Position numbers and translations under genes: made by a program. From IMG/VR virus record IMGVR_UViG_3300014205_000466, positions 1 through 35,700 of that record: 35,700 bases of DNA; one strand, given 5' to 3'. This document shows positions 15,298 to 24,776 of this stretch, piece after piece. Within the stretch, counting starts at the first letter, position 1. Every line of letters begins with the position of its first letter. The notes under the pieces are model-generated. The model searched no databases, had not been told where the DNA came from, and saw only the letters and a list, made by a program, of their open reading frames with translations. The DNA comes from a virus.

Positions 15298-16005
15298 TCA
15301 AGCGGCCTTGTTCTTGGATGCCAGCGCGGCGTTAAGCTCATCGGCCTTCTGCACGAGCGTTTCATGGCTGCACTTGTGGTGCGGCTTCTCCCCGCCCTGT
15401 TCCTCGATCCAGAGCCGGATTGTGTCGTCATCCCAATCAGCGAACGGCGAAGCCGATACATTGAACGAAGCCGATGCGCCATTGACTTTGGCCATCAACT
15501 CGTCAAGCTGCCGGCGCATTTCTGCGTTCTCTGCCTCAAGTCGGTTCAGTGCCGTATTGTCGGTGGATTTCGCCAGGAACTGCTCGGCCTGCGTCTTGAG
15601 CGCACGAGCGCCCATGCCAAGCTTCTGAAGCATCGACCCGTCAAGACCGGCCAATCCTTCGACCGTGTGGATGTTGGAGGCGTTGAGTTCGGCAATCTTG
15701 GCCTGGGAAAGGCCGAGTGCTTCGAGCGGCGAGCCGGTGCCACGATAGGCCATATTCGCCTTGAATGCCTCGTAGTGCTTCGGGAATTGCTGCGCATAGG
15801 TCATGCGCTCATTGGTGAGTGGATCGCGCCGCGAGCCGGTCGAGAGCGCTGGCGCAACGAGCACATTGTGCTTGTCACCCACGAAACGGATGCGCACGAA
15901 TTCTTTATCCTCGAAAATCGGCCTGCCCTGTTCGGCTGACAGCCGATCGTTCTTCTCGGTGTCGGTGTAGAATTCAACATGAAGATGGTTTGTCGGTTCA
16001 GACAT
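15298..16005 (-). CDS. hypothetical structural-module protein (235 aa) with a helix-hairpin-helix-like middle and a HeH/SAP-like C-terminus
   Basis: ORF track. The motifs are only loosely recognised (LGLSQAKIAELNASNIHTVEGLAGL; C-terminal TIRLWIEEQGG). Confidence 0.4.
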   Translation of the reverse strand: MSEPTNHLHVEFYTDTEKNDRLSAEQGRPIFEDKEFVRIRFVGDKHNVLVAPALSTGSRRDPLTNERMTYAQQFPKHYEAFKANMAYRGTGSPLEALGLSQAKIAELNASNIHTVEGLAGLDGSMLQKLGMGARALKTQAEQFLAKSTDNTALNRLEAENAEMRRQLDELMAKVNGASASFNVSASPFADWDDDTIRLWIEEQGGEKPHHKCSHETLVQKADELNAALASKNKAA

Positions 16006-16006
16006 T

Positions 16007-17404
16007 TTAGGCCCTTTCTGAGAGGTTGCGAGTTACGAAAAAGCAGGACGCATTCTGGCGGTCCTGTTGCCATATGATCGTTGCGCCGATAGACTGGAAT
16101 AATTCTGCCCACCAGACATGGGGTTTGACGGTGCAGTGGAGTCTTTGCCCGATGACATCACCGAACTTGTCCTGAACCGTCGAGATCTGGAAAAACACCT
16201 TGTTCGATGCCTCAAGAATGTTCCGGACTACCGTTTCTGCGTCTTTTTCGGGGATATGTTCCATCACGTCGGCACAAATCCCGAACGGCGAACGCATCGG
16301 CATTGGATGCGTCATATCCCATTCGAGGAACGGCAAGTTCTTTGCTTCGTCATCGCGGCAATTATCCGCAAAATCGACCATGAACACATCGTGGCCGGAC
16401 TTTGAAAGCGCAATGGATGCCTTGCCGGTGCCGCATCCGAAGTCAACGATAAGACCGTCTGGCTTTGCGACCTCAAGAAACCGAGGGACGATTTCCTCGC
16501 CTGGGGAAAAGTCGCGGTATCCGTCGAACTGCCACATGAGGCGGTATTTGTCGCGCTCGGTCAGGTGCGCGGGCGGGGTGTTATACATGGCCGGCAAAAG
16601 CCCATCACCATGAACGACCACTTCACAGCCTTCTTGATTGAGGGCCTGTGCTGTGATCTGGAATTTCTCGGCCTGCGCCTTCATGGCAACGCTTGATCGG
16701 TATGTCTTTCCTGCCCACTCAACCTCGACCGCAGGAATGAATTTATTCATCGGTTGACTGTATGCGTGGCTTTCGTCGCCACGGTGAGAACTGTCATAGC
16801 CGAAACAGTGGATTTCGCGATATCCGAGAACATACGCTAGGCACAGGGCCGAATTACCGACCGAGGCACCGCCACCGACCAGCGCGTAACCGCCGCGCTT
16901 GACCTTATCTTCTGGAAACAGATCGTCCATATCGTCAATGGCGAGGTGCCACAGCGCGACGCGAGACCCGGAAGATATTGCCGCCGCAAGCGTGGATGGA
17001 TCTACCTGTGAGGCGATAAGGAGGTGGCTAGCATTGCAATCTACGAGCGTTGATGTCTCTTGCTTCGCGTCGGCAATAACCTGATAGTTGACTGCTATTC
17101 CATGTTCATGAAGGAACTTCGATGCGGCATTCATAGCAAAGACGGTCGCGCCACCCTCAACCAACAACCTTATTTCATCGAGGTTGTCAGCAACGGAAGG
17201 ACCGCCGCCGACAAGAATTGCCGGACATTCATGAGCATTCTCGAACTGAACCCAATCGAGCGGAAGCGCCGAATTTGTCCCGATATTCCTACGCAAAACA
17301 TCATCCGACGTATTGCAGAGCACAAGAACCGGGATGATAAGCGGTGCGCTTGCGTGGGGGTTCTGCACGTTCATCTGATAGATGTCGGACTTTGGCGAGG
17401 TCAT
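16007..17404 (-). CDS. fusion protein: Maf-like/MptE-like (DUF115) putative glycosyltransferase domain plus a class I SAM-dependent methyltransferase domain
   Basis: The N-terminal part has AILVGGGPSV and GGGASVGNSALCLAYVLGYREIHCFGYD (DUF115/motility-accessory-factor signatures). The C-terminal part has VDFGCGTGK (motif I) and ADVMEHIP. RBS is GGAGAAAGC-ATG. Confidence 0.65.
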   Translation of the reverse strand: MTSPKSDIYQMNVQNPHASAPLIIPVLVLCNTSDDVLRRNIGTNSALPLDWVQFENAHECPAILVGGGPSVADNLDEIRLLVEGGATVFAMNAASKFLHEHGIAVNYQVIADAKQETSTLVDCNASHLLIASQVDPSTLAAAISSGSRVALWHLAIDDMDDLFPEDKVKRGGYALVGGGASVGNSALCLAYVLGYREIHCFGYDSSHRGDESHAYSQPMNKFIPAVEVEWAGKTYRSSVAMKAQAEKFQITAQALNQEGCEVVVHGDGLLPAMYNTPPAHLTERDKYRLMWQFDGYRDFSPGEEIVPRFLEVAKPDGLIVDFGCGTGKASIALSKSGHDVFMVDFADNCRDDEAKNLPFLEWDMTHPMPMRSPFGICADVMEHIPEKDAETVVRNILEASNKVFFQISTVQDKFGDVIGQRLHCTVKPHVWWAELFQSIGATIIWQQDRQNASCFFVTRNLSERA

Positions 17405-17427
17405 GCTTTCTCCAATTGCATGAGGAA

Positions 17428-17449
17428 GGGGCGGACCGAAACCCGCCCC
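17428..17449 (-). other. GC-rich stem-loop (GGGGCGG-N8-CCGCCCC) between the decoration-like gene and the Maf/MTase gene
   Basis: Seen directly. On the minus-strand RNA it is followed by UUCCUC, not a clean U-tract, so it is at best a partial terminator or processing site. Confidence 0.4.
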
Positions 17450-17457
17450 ATCTGATT

Positions 17458-17952
17458 TTAGGAAACGTCCGAAGGATCGTGAGGACGGTTGATAGCGATT
17501 GCCACGGTCGTAACGCCGGACTTTGCCGAGGCAACGGTGCGGACGACTGCGCCCTGAATAACCGTTCCGGTGGCAACCGCAACAGCAAGACCGGAGCCAG
17601 CACCAAGGCCAGAACCATCAGCAAACGAGACGGCTGCCGATTTAGCGGCAACGGCCATGCCGCTGATCTGATACCAGCCAAACTGGTCAGCCACGTTTGC
17701 CGACATGGCAACAGCGAGCGGACGGGACGGGCCAACAACAGCCGACGAGTCAAGCGCCGTCTGCCATGTGTCGTCATAGTTGACGATATAGCCGGCTTCG
17801 GTGGAGGCAACGCCCTTGAGGTAGATGAATTCACCGACGCCAAGAGTGGGGTCTTTCGCTCGCACAATCGTACCAAGCGCGTGCTTGGCAGTGGTCGAAG
17901 TGTCAGCGATTGCCTGACCCATGAGCATGTTTTCTGCGATGGTATAAGCCAT
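17458..17952 (-). CDS. head decoration / accessory capsid protein candidate (164 aa)
   Basis: Strong RBS (AAGGAGG). It lies immediately after the major capsid gene and is Ala/Gly/Val/Thr-rich. Confidence 0.4.
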   Translation of the reverse strand: MAYTIAENMLMGQAIADTSTTAKHALGTIVRAKDPTLGVGEFIYLKGVASTEAGYIVNYDDTWQTALDSSAVVGPSRPLAVAMSANVADQFGWYQISGMAVAAKSAAVSFADGSGLGAGSGLAVAVATGTVIQGAVVRTVASAKSGVTTVAIAINRPHDPSDVS

Positions 17953-17965
17953 GGTCAGGCCCTCC

Positions 17966-18973
17966 TTACGATGCAGGGGTGCTGTCGTACATCTTGGCGA
18001 TGTGCAGCGGGTTGTTGAGGGTCAGGTTGCCGAAGAAACCGATGTGCTGGACAATGGCGTCCTGATTGATCGGAGTCTGCTTGCCGCCGAACTTCACGAA
18101 GTTACGGTCGGGATGGTAGCGGAACTTCAGCGCCGAGGTGTCGATGAAGTAGGACGTATTCGCCGGCATTGCCGAGCCGATACCGCCCTCAAGAACCACG
18201 TCAACGGACTTGCCGGCACCGTAGTACTTGAGATTGGTGAAGCCGACCTTGCCGAGTTCGCTTTCGTCGTTGATCCGCTGGATGGCAACCGTTGCGGCGG
18301 TGTAGGCGATGTAATGCTCCTGCGAGCATACAATCACGTTAGGCCCCTTGGTGCCACGGCTGCGGGCGATCATGATGTTATCGAAGATCGTCTTGACGGT
18401 GGTAGATGAAACCTGCGTGATTCCCGAGAACGCGGAGTGCGCGTCATAGGTCGTGGTGCGCCAACTGGCGTTATCCACGCGAGAAATGCCGCCATATGTG
18501 CCGGAGTTAGTCGTGGTCGGAATGGCAAGCTGCAATCCGCCAATCTGGTTCGTTTCAGTGCCGTCCGAATGGAGGTCCTCAACAAAGCGGTCCTGAAGTT
18601 CGGTTTCAGCCGCCATGATGTGTTCTTCCATGATGTCCTTCAGCTGGTTGGAGCCAGAGTTCTTCAGGATATCTTCACCGGAAAGCGTGACCGACACTGC
18701 GGCGAGCTTCGGGGTGAATTCGGCGTCGTTGAACAGTTCAGCCGGCGTGGGGTTGAGGAACTGGTAGCCCGAATAACGGGTATAAGATCCGGTTTCGTTG
18801 TAGAGAAGTCGCTCGCGGATCGTCGGACCGGAGAAGGTCTTGAACTGGCCGCGCTTCTTCATGAGGTAGAGGATAGCGTTGGAATTGGAAACAAGGTCTG
18901 CGTAACCCTGAGACCGATCTTCCAGCGCCAGCGAAAACGCTTCTTGCAAGCGCTCGGTGGAAGTCAAAGCCAT
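17966..18973 (-). CDS. major capsid protein
   Basis: 335 aa with a GGAGG RBS. It directly follows the scaffold-like gene and has typical capsid-like composition. Confidence 0.75.
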   Translation of the reverse strand: MALTSTERLQEAFSLALEDRSQGYADLVSNSNAILYLMKKRGQFKTFSGPTIRERLLYNETGSYTRYSGYQFLNPTPAELFNDAEFTPKLAAVSVTLSGEDILKNSGSNQLKDIMEEHIMAAETELQDRFVEDLHSDGTETNQIGGLQLAIPTTTNSGTYGGISRVDNASWRTTTYDAHSAFSGITQVSSTTVKTIFDNIMIARSRGTKGPNVIVCSQEHYIAYTAATVAIQRINDESELGKVGFTNLKYYGAGKSVDVVLEGGIGSAMPANTSYFIDTSALKFRYHPDRNFVKFGGKQTPINQDAIVQHIGFFGNLTLNNPLHIAKMYDSTPAS

Positions 18974-18999
18974 TATGGCCTCCTAGATGATTGATCGAG

Positions 19000-20010
19000 T
19001 TAGAGCCCCGACTGTGCAAAGGCACGGTCAAGAGCGTCACGGGCTGAGGCAGGCGGCTTGCGGTTTTGCGGGTTTGAGCCGGAGGACGGAGCGCCTGAGA
19101 GGGAGAGTTGACCTTTCCGGGTTTGAGCCGGATCTGGTTCTTTTACTGCTGCGGGAACGACCGGGGCGGGGTTGAGCCGCTCTGCGAGATCGTATGCTTC
19201 CTGCAAATCCTGCGTCTTCCCGCTGTTGAGGAAAAACGCGATGTCGTTGGCAAGCTCGTCAAAGCGCGGCTTGCTGGCAGCAAACTGGTCGATCTTGGAG
19301 AGAACGGCCTGTTCCTGCTGTGACTTGATTGTGGTCGAAACGCCGCCAATTTCCTTTTTCAGGGAGGCAAGTTCGTTTCGAAGTTCGCGGATAACCGCAT
19401 CCTGTTGGCTTGCTTGTGCGTCTGCCGGCTGGCCCATGACGTGGGCTGCGACATCGCGCAATGAAAGACCCATGTTCTGGCAAATCTGTTCGAGGCCGCG
19501 AATGGGGCTTTCTGCCAACATCTTTTCAATGCCGGTATAGTGGTTGAAGACCTCCTGGAACGACTGACCGTTCTGCTTCAGTTGCTGGTCAAGCGCACGG
19601 TACGGCTCGAAATTCTGCCGGTACTGCTCAATTCCGCCTTCAAGCTCCCTGAAGGCCCGCGTAACCTCTGCCCTGACCGCCTCCGGCGCTGTTGACCAAG
19701 CTGCCTTTGCATCGGCTGAAAACCGCGCTGGCGCATCCGTAAATGTCGTGGGCTTCTCGACCGTCTCAGCTACCTTGTCGGCTGTCTGGTCATCAACAAC
19801 CGGAGCATCAGCCGTCTTGGCCTTGAATGTTCCGTTCTCATTGCGCTCGCGAGTCTGCTCGGCAACCGCCTCGCCTGCTTCAATAGCCGCGAATGCCTTT
19901 TCAACAGATGAACGCGCCGTCTGTTCCGGGGCGCTCGATTGAACATCGGGGGCGGAAGCATCGGGCATGGATACGGCATCAGCCGCGACGGTCATCGCTT
20001 CTTCGGTCAT
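19000..20010 (-). CDS. scaffolding protein
   Basis: Acidic, Ala/Gln/Glu-rich and predicted helical. It lies between the portal and capsid genes. Confidence 0.65.
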   Translation of the reverse strand: MTEEAMTVAADAVSMPDASAPDVQSSAPEQTARSSVEKAFAAIEAGEAVAEQTRERNENGTFKAKTADAPVVDDQTADKVAETVEKPTTFTDAPARFSADAKAAWSTAPEAVRAEVTRAFRELEGGIEQYRQNFEPYRALDQQLKQNGQSFQEVFNHYTGIEKMLAESPIRGLEQICQNMGLSLRDVAAHVMGQPADAQASQQDAVIRELRNELASLKKEIGGVSTTIKSQQEQAVLSKIDQFAASKPRFDELANDIAFFLNSGKTQDLQEAYDLAERLNPAPVVPAAVKEPDPAQTRKGQLSLSGAPSSGSNPQNRKPPASARDALDRAFAQSGL

Positions 20011-20037
20011 TGTGTTGTCCTGTCTGAGAGGATTGCG

Positions 20038-20394
20038 TTATGCGCCTAGGCCAGCCTGTGACATTGCTTTGCCAACAGCCGCCTTGATTTCGTTTCTGTC
20101 GGGCTTGGGCTTCTTGAACGGCTTGGGATCCAATATGGAACTGTCATTGCCAAGCTCTACGTATCGTTTGCCGTCCTTGTTTCCGGACGGCTTGTAGGTG
20201 GCACGGAGAGCGGCCTTGCTCGTGTAGAACTGGCCATCAACCATACTTTGCGTCGGCTCCATGCTGTCATTGATCAGCATCGGGGCCGGAAGATCGGATG
20301 CGGCATAGTTCCGCTCTGGCATACAGTTATGAGGCCAGCGCTCGATATCGTGCCAGCCGCCGCAGACTTTGCAGAAGCGTTCACGAGCCATCAC
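20038..20394 (-). CDS. hypothetical protein with a CxxC...HxxC motif (118 aa)
   Basis: ORF track; its start overlaps the portal stop (ATGA). Confidence 0.5.
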   Translation of the reverse strand: MMARERFCKVCGGWHDIERWPHNCMPERNYAASDLPAPMLINDSMEPTQSMVDGQFYTSKAALRATYKPSGNKDGKRYVELGNDSSILDPKPFKKPKPDRNEIKAAVGKAMSQAGLGA

Positions 20395-22463
20395 GCCACC
20401 TCCGGCTGGTTCGCCTTCGCGTTCGCGGTCACAACGGCAGCGCTCGATTGCGCATTGATCCGATTAATTTCCGCCATGATCTTCTCAATCTCAGCGTTGG
20501 TCTTGGCCAGATCGGCGCGAGACTGCTCAAGCTCAATTCCCATGCTTGCTACTTGCTCGGACTGCTTCATCTGCATTTCTTGTCGCTTTAACTCAAGTTC
20601 TGCCTGCCTGGCTTCTGCTTCTGCCTTTGCCTGCGCTGCCCTCGGGTCTTCCTTTGGCTGCTGTGCGGTCTGCTTGACCTGATCTGCAAATGTATCGATT
20701 GCCGCCTCGAGCGCACGACCGGCTCGGAAAGGAGCAACTGCGAACTTCAAGACCTCGCTCGCGAACTCTGCGGACTGAGGCTGTGCCGCGACCATTGGAG
20801 CCAGCTGTGAAAGGGCCTGAGACAATGCCCCCAGGAATTCCGTTGTCCGCTGCTTGGCTGCATCCTCGTCTGGCTGGATCGTGCTGTCGGTCTCAATCTC
20901 AAGCGCGAAGGGACGCATTCTCTCGTCTCGGATGAACTGCACGACGGCCTCGAACGTGACCTCGTTCTGAAGCTTCTGGACCTGCTGCTGCGCCTGTTGA
21001 AGCATCTGCTGCGCCTGCTCAGGGTTTTCCTGCGCCATCTGCATGGCTTGCGGGTCCTGCATGGCCGAACGCACCTGGCTCTGAATCTGCATGACCTGCT
21101 GTTGAATAGCTGCCTGCTTCGGAACGCCGTCGTATTGAGACATCATTTCAAGCGTTGCGGGCTGGAAGTTTTCGGCAATGATCTCGCCGGCAATCCGCGC
21201 CGCGTCACGAGCGATGCGCACCATTTCTTCTTGACGATCACGAATGCGGACGTTGCCGTACTGGCTCTTGAGTTGCTGCGCTCCAAGCGTCTCGTTTGGA
21301 TTCGAAGACCCACGCATGATGTCGGACAGGCCGGAGATCTGGTAGGCGTCGTCAATCAATTGCTTGCGAAGCGCCACAAGCTGGGAAATGACTGCCGCCA
21401 CCTGATCCACAGGCATCCAGATAATGCTATCCTTGAACGATCCTCCGCCGAACTGTGCGACATTCGGAACCGGGATCAGGATCGCGTTGTTATCGTTCTG
21501 CTTCATCGCCGTTTCAATGGCGGTCGATACGTCCTCACTGCCGGCAGAATAAAAGCCCTTCAGCTTCAATGCTTCGGAGAGAGCGGAGATCCTAGCCGTA
21601 AGTTCGTTGATTTCCTCAACCTGGTCCTTGTAGAACAGAAAATCAGGGACGGGCCTTAGCGTCCTGCGCTGGAACGTGCCATAGACCGGACGCGGGCAAG
21701 GATAAAACCCCTCAAGCCGGAGAAACGGTGCCTGAATATCCAGAACTTCGTCACAGCCCTCTGTGGTCCATACAACAGCATTCTTGGTCTTGCTCCACGT
21801 TTCATTGACGCAAGCCTTTTTCTCCCCGGTCTGGTCGTCCTCTTTACGCTCGGTATAGGTCGCCTTAGTGTAGAGATCGCCGCTTGCCTCTTCGAAGCGC
21901 AGGCGCATCTGTTCGCGGGTTAAATAGCTCTTGCGGTTAACCCAACCGACTTCCTTCCACTTGCGGGCCGGATCGTGCACGAAATCACGACGGTCAACAT
22001 GATCGTAGCAAACGCGCTCACCGCCTTGATCGTCCGTCTCGTATCTGACCCACAACACACCCCGAGCACTGGCCGCGAGATCGTCGCGTACCTGCTTCAT
22101 GGTCTCGTGAATATCTTCGATTTCGAACGACGTGCAAAGGCAACGCTCGATGATCTCTGAGGCGTGGCGATTGATCGGCTTGCGATCCTTGAACCTCGTC
22201 CCGACAACAGGGACAGGCGGGCGGGCGTAGATAGAGGGCTTGAGAACCTCCATGTTAGCCCAAAAGATCTGCATTTCGCGTTCTGCGCCGTCCCCGAACT
22301 TCTTCAGGTCAGCATAGAATTTGTCGATGTTGTCGCACTTGGTGTGGTAGTCCTCGAATACCTTTTCGGCATCCTTGATGGCCTCAAGCCACGGCTTCGC
22401 AGAGCGCATGTCCGCAAACGGATCAGCATTGCTGTCCGTCGCAATATCGTTCTGTTCAACCAT
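20391..22463 (-). CDS. portal protein
   Basis: 690 aa, immediately downstream of the large terminase, with a Gln-rich helical C-terminus. Confidence 0.75.
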   Translation of the reverse strand: MVEQNDIATDSNADPFADMRSAKPWLEAIKDAEKVFEDYHTKCDNIDKFYADLKKFGDGAEREMQIFWANMEVLKPSIYARPPVPVVGTRFKDRKPINRHASEIIERCLCTSFEIEDIHETMKQVRDDLAASARGVLWVRYETDDQGGERVCYDHVDRRDFVHDPARKWKEVGWVNRKSYLTREQMRLRFEEASGDLYTKATYTERKEDDQTGEKKACVNETWSKTKNAVVWTTEGCDEVLDIQAPFLRLEGFYPCPRPVYGTFQRRTLRPVPDFLFYKDQVEEINELTARISALSEALKLKGFYSAGSEDVSTAIETAMKQNDNNAILIPVPNVAQFGGGSFKDSIIWMPVDQVAAVISQLVALRKQLIDDAYQISGLSDIMRGSSNPNETLGAQQLKSQYGNVRIRDRQEEMVRIARDAARIAGEIIAENFQPATLEMMSQYDGVPKQAAIQQQVMQIQSQVRSAMQDPQAMQMAQENPEQAQQMLQQAQQQVQKLQNEVTFEAVVQFIRDERMRPFALEIETDSTIQPDEDAAKQRTTEFLGALSQALSQLAPMVAAQPQSAEFASEVLKFAVAPFRAGRALEAAIDTFADQVKQTAQQPKEDPRAAQAKAEAEARQAELELKRQEMQMKQSEQVASMGIELEQSRADLAKTNAEIEKIMAEINRINAQSSAAVVTANAKANQPEVA

Positions 22464-22465
22464 GA

Positions 22466-23824
22466 TCAGACCTTAATTCTTGTTTTATTCTGCGGCTCAG
22501 GAGCGCCGTGCAGCACAACGGTGCCAACGGGCTGCGGCTTGGGCTTGTGAACGTCGTTTGTCGGGACGGTGCGCCATGCCATTGCGAGATATCGGAATGC
22601 GTCGGCCAGATGCGATGTCCAGTCGTGGACTTCACTGGCACGAAACGCCTTCTTCTCGTCGTCCCATTCCCTGCGGTACTGTTCGAGCGCCGCGATTCCT
22701 TCATCCTCGCAGCGGGGATGAAACGTTGATATCGCCAGCGCCTTCCGGACTGCGTTGATGCCGTCCATCTTGGTTGCCATCGGAACAAGCTGCGGGTTCA
22801 ACCCAAGCTGCCGCATGGTTTCAACGCGGGTCTTGCCAGTGCCCCACTCTTTCACCTTGGCGTCGTGAGGGACGAAATCAATTCCGCGAGCGTAGGGCTT
22901 TGAGTGACAAATCTCCGCGTAGTGATCGACACCAACACCAGACGTTGAATAGCAGTCGAGGATATAGAGCCGCCCGCTGTAAACCTGAAACCACCAGATC
23001 GATGTATCGTCCCTAACGCCAATGTCCCATGCCGTATGCACGTGAACGCCGGGAATCGGAACAATCGGATTGATCCTGCCTTCGTTCCTGACCGCGAGCA
23101 TTTCACGAGCATAAAACGCTCCAATGATCGCAGCGTTGAATGAGCAGAGATACTCCTGATCGAATTGCGCCTGGCCTAGTTCTTCGCCGTAAAGCGCCTT
23201 GTATTCAGACAGGCTCTCTTCAAGCCGCTCGGGCGACAATGCGCCAGTGTCATGCACCGAGCTTATTTCAGCAAACCAGCGAGGATTATCCTTCGCCATC
23301 TGGTACATTGAATAGGCGTGGTTGCGACCGCGTGGCGTGGTGATAAACGCCGCCCAACCGTTATTCTCTTCAACCATTGGTCTGTGATAGGCCCAGGCAG
23401 ACGGGTTAGCCAAAGCCCACTCGGAATAAGCAATCCCGGCAACACCTGCGCCGACAGTGGCGTCATATCGGTCTGAGCCGATGATCTGCCACGTTGAGCC
23501 ACACTTAAGCCGGATGAACATTTCCTGCTCGTTCGTGTTCTCTCGGATCTCAGGCGGAAATGCCTCATCAATCCTGCGCTTGCCAGTGTTTGCGTTTACA
23601 GCCGTCCAGAGAGCCTTTCGACCTTGGGCATATTCGGGCAGGCAATGCCAGTACGAACCAATCCGTTTATGGGCAAGCTCACACGTCGCAGCCAGGACAA
23701 TCTCGTCCTTGCCCCACCGACGATGCGCAATCTCGATTGCCCTCGCGTTCGGTGTGTTGACAAGGTATTCGTGGAACGGCCTCTGGTAATGACGGATACG
23801 GCGCTCAATCGTTAGAGCGTTCAT
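22466..23824 (-). CDS. terL: terminase large subunit
   Basis: It has a Walker-A-like HRRWGKDE and an Asp-rich nuclease region (WDIGVRDDTSIWWFQ, VPHDA). The start is placed at ATG 23824 (MNALTIERR...) inside ORF 22466..23872. Confidence 0.85.
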   Translation of the reverse strand: MNALTIERRIRHYQRPFHEYLVNTPNARAIEIAHRRWGKDEIVLAATCELAHKRIGSYWHCLPEYAQGRKALWTAVNANTGKRRIDEAFPPEIRENTNEQEMFIRLKCGSTWQIIGSDRYDATVGAGVAGIAYSEWALANPSAWAYHRPMVEENNGWAAFITTPRGRNHAYSMYQMAKDNPRWFAEISSVHDTGALSPERLEESLSEYKALYGEELGQAQFDQEYLCSFNAAIIGAFYAREMLAVRNEGRINPIVPIPGVHVHTAWDIGVRDDTSIWWFQVYSGRLYILDCYSTSGVGVDHYAEICHSKPYARGIDFVPHDAKVKEWGTGKTRVETMRQLGLNPQLVPMATKMDGINAVRKALAISTFHPRCEDEGIAALEQYRREWDDEKKAFRASEVHDWTSHLADAFRYLAMAWRTVPTNDVHKPKPQPVGTVVLHGAPEPQNKTRIKV

Positions 23825-24101
23825 AGACGTTCTGGAATAGCAATTGAACTGGCCCGCCGCCCTCACCCGCAACAGTCATTGGCAGGACTTTTCCAAGCAG
23901 ACTCAGGAATGGCCCAGGGTTCTCGATGGCTTGAGCCGTCAAATAATTCGTTATGCTGCCACCGCCTGCATTCGTTGCCGCCTGGAGTATCGCGTCCTTG
24001 AGAAGCGCCGTGGTCTTGTTGGGAACGCCCTTGACCCTACCCTTGCCAGCATTCGGCGGCTTTCTAGTACTTTTCACTACTTTGCTGCCGTCGTCGGCCA
24101 T
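23805..24101 (-). CDS. terS: terminase small subunit candidate (basic N-terminus, KGRVKGVPNKTTALLKDAI)
   Basis: It lies directly 5' of terL and overlaps it by 20 nt. GGGGAG RBS before ATG 24101 (the track start at 24110 is GTG). Confidence 0.5.
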   Translation of the reverse strand: MADDGSKVVKSTRKPPNAGKGRVKGVPNKTTALLKDAILQAATNAGGGSITNYLTAQAIENPGPFLSLLGKVLPMTVAGEGGGPVQLLFQNVYERSND

Positions 24102-24143
24102 GTTTAACACTCCCCGCCGGTCTGAGCGGCGTTTCGTGGTTCA

Positions 24144-24353
24144 TTAGTCTGATTTACGCGCACCATATTTAGCGTTCGCATTCTCAAGCCGAGAGGCGAA
24201 GTTTTTAAACCTGACATCGAGCGCAAGTTTTTTCAGATAATCAATCGGGTGCGGGTCAAGGAATGCGTACCCGTAATACCGATTCGATGATCCGGCCAGA
24301 GTCTGGCGCTGGCAAATTTCGTCTTGGCTGTAGCTGCCTAGTGCGTAATCCAT
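24144..24353 (-). CDS. hypothetical late-leader protein (69 aa)
   Basis: Internal ATG of ORF 24144..24440 with a GGAGG RBS 7-8 nt upstream. Confidence 0.5.
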   Translation of the reverse strand: MDYALGSYSQDEICQRQTLAGSSNRYYGYAFLDPHPIDYLKKLALDVRFKNFASRLENANAKYGARKSD

Positions 24354-24398
24354 TTTCCGACCTCCATAGTCGTTTCGTGGTCTGGTGTGTTCTGGAGC

Positions 24399-24430
24399 CG
24401 TTGCGCCCCTTGCGGTGCAACGTTTTTTTT
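24399..24430 (+). terminator. canonical intrinsic terminator on the PLUS strand (9-bp stem CGTTGCGCC/GGTGCAACG with one G-T pair, 6-nt loop, T8)
   Basis: Seen directly: ccgttgcgccccttgcggtgcaacgtttttttt. On the minus strand the A8 run precedes the hairpin, so it is not a terminator for the late operon. Confidence 0.6.
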
Positions 24431-24433
24431 GGT

Positions 24434-24676
24434 TTAGCACCAGCGCGCTAGGGCTGGATCAATGGGCCTTACCCCAAACATCTTGCACGCCTTTTCGTGC
24501 ATCCGCTGGCGGAATTCATAGTGCCAGCAAAGTAGCGGCACATGGATGTTGTTGTGATAAACATACCAACCGCCGACCTTGATATAGAATTTCAGGTGGT
24601 CAGATGCGGGCCGCGAAAGTGAAACTTTAGTCGGGCTCGTCCTTTGTGCTAACTTAAGCTCTTTCAAAAACCCCAT
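24434..24676 (-). CDS. hypothetical protein, first ORF of the late operon (80 aa)
   Basis: Internal ATG of ORF 24434..24820 with GGAGG 8 nt upstream. His/Trp/Cys-rich core (GGWYVYHNNIHVPLLCWHYEF). Confidence 0.55.
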   Translation of the reverse strand: MGFLKELKLAQRTSPTKVSLSRPASDHLKFYIKVGGWYVYHNNIHVPLLCWHYEFRQRMHEKACKMFGVRPIDPALARWC

Positions 24677-24776
24677 ACCTACGACCTCCATATAGCAGCC
24701 GTTGCGCCCTATAGAGTCGGGAGAGACATGCGCAGCGATGATCGGCAGCACGGCTAACACTGCCCGCTTGATTTGA

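Noticed and set aside
17428-17449. Rho-independent terminator after the capsid/decoration genes
   Set aside because: The stem-loop is strong, but the downstream minus-strand sequence is UUCCUC rather than a U-tract. It is listed as a stem-loop only.
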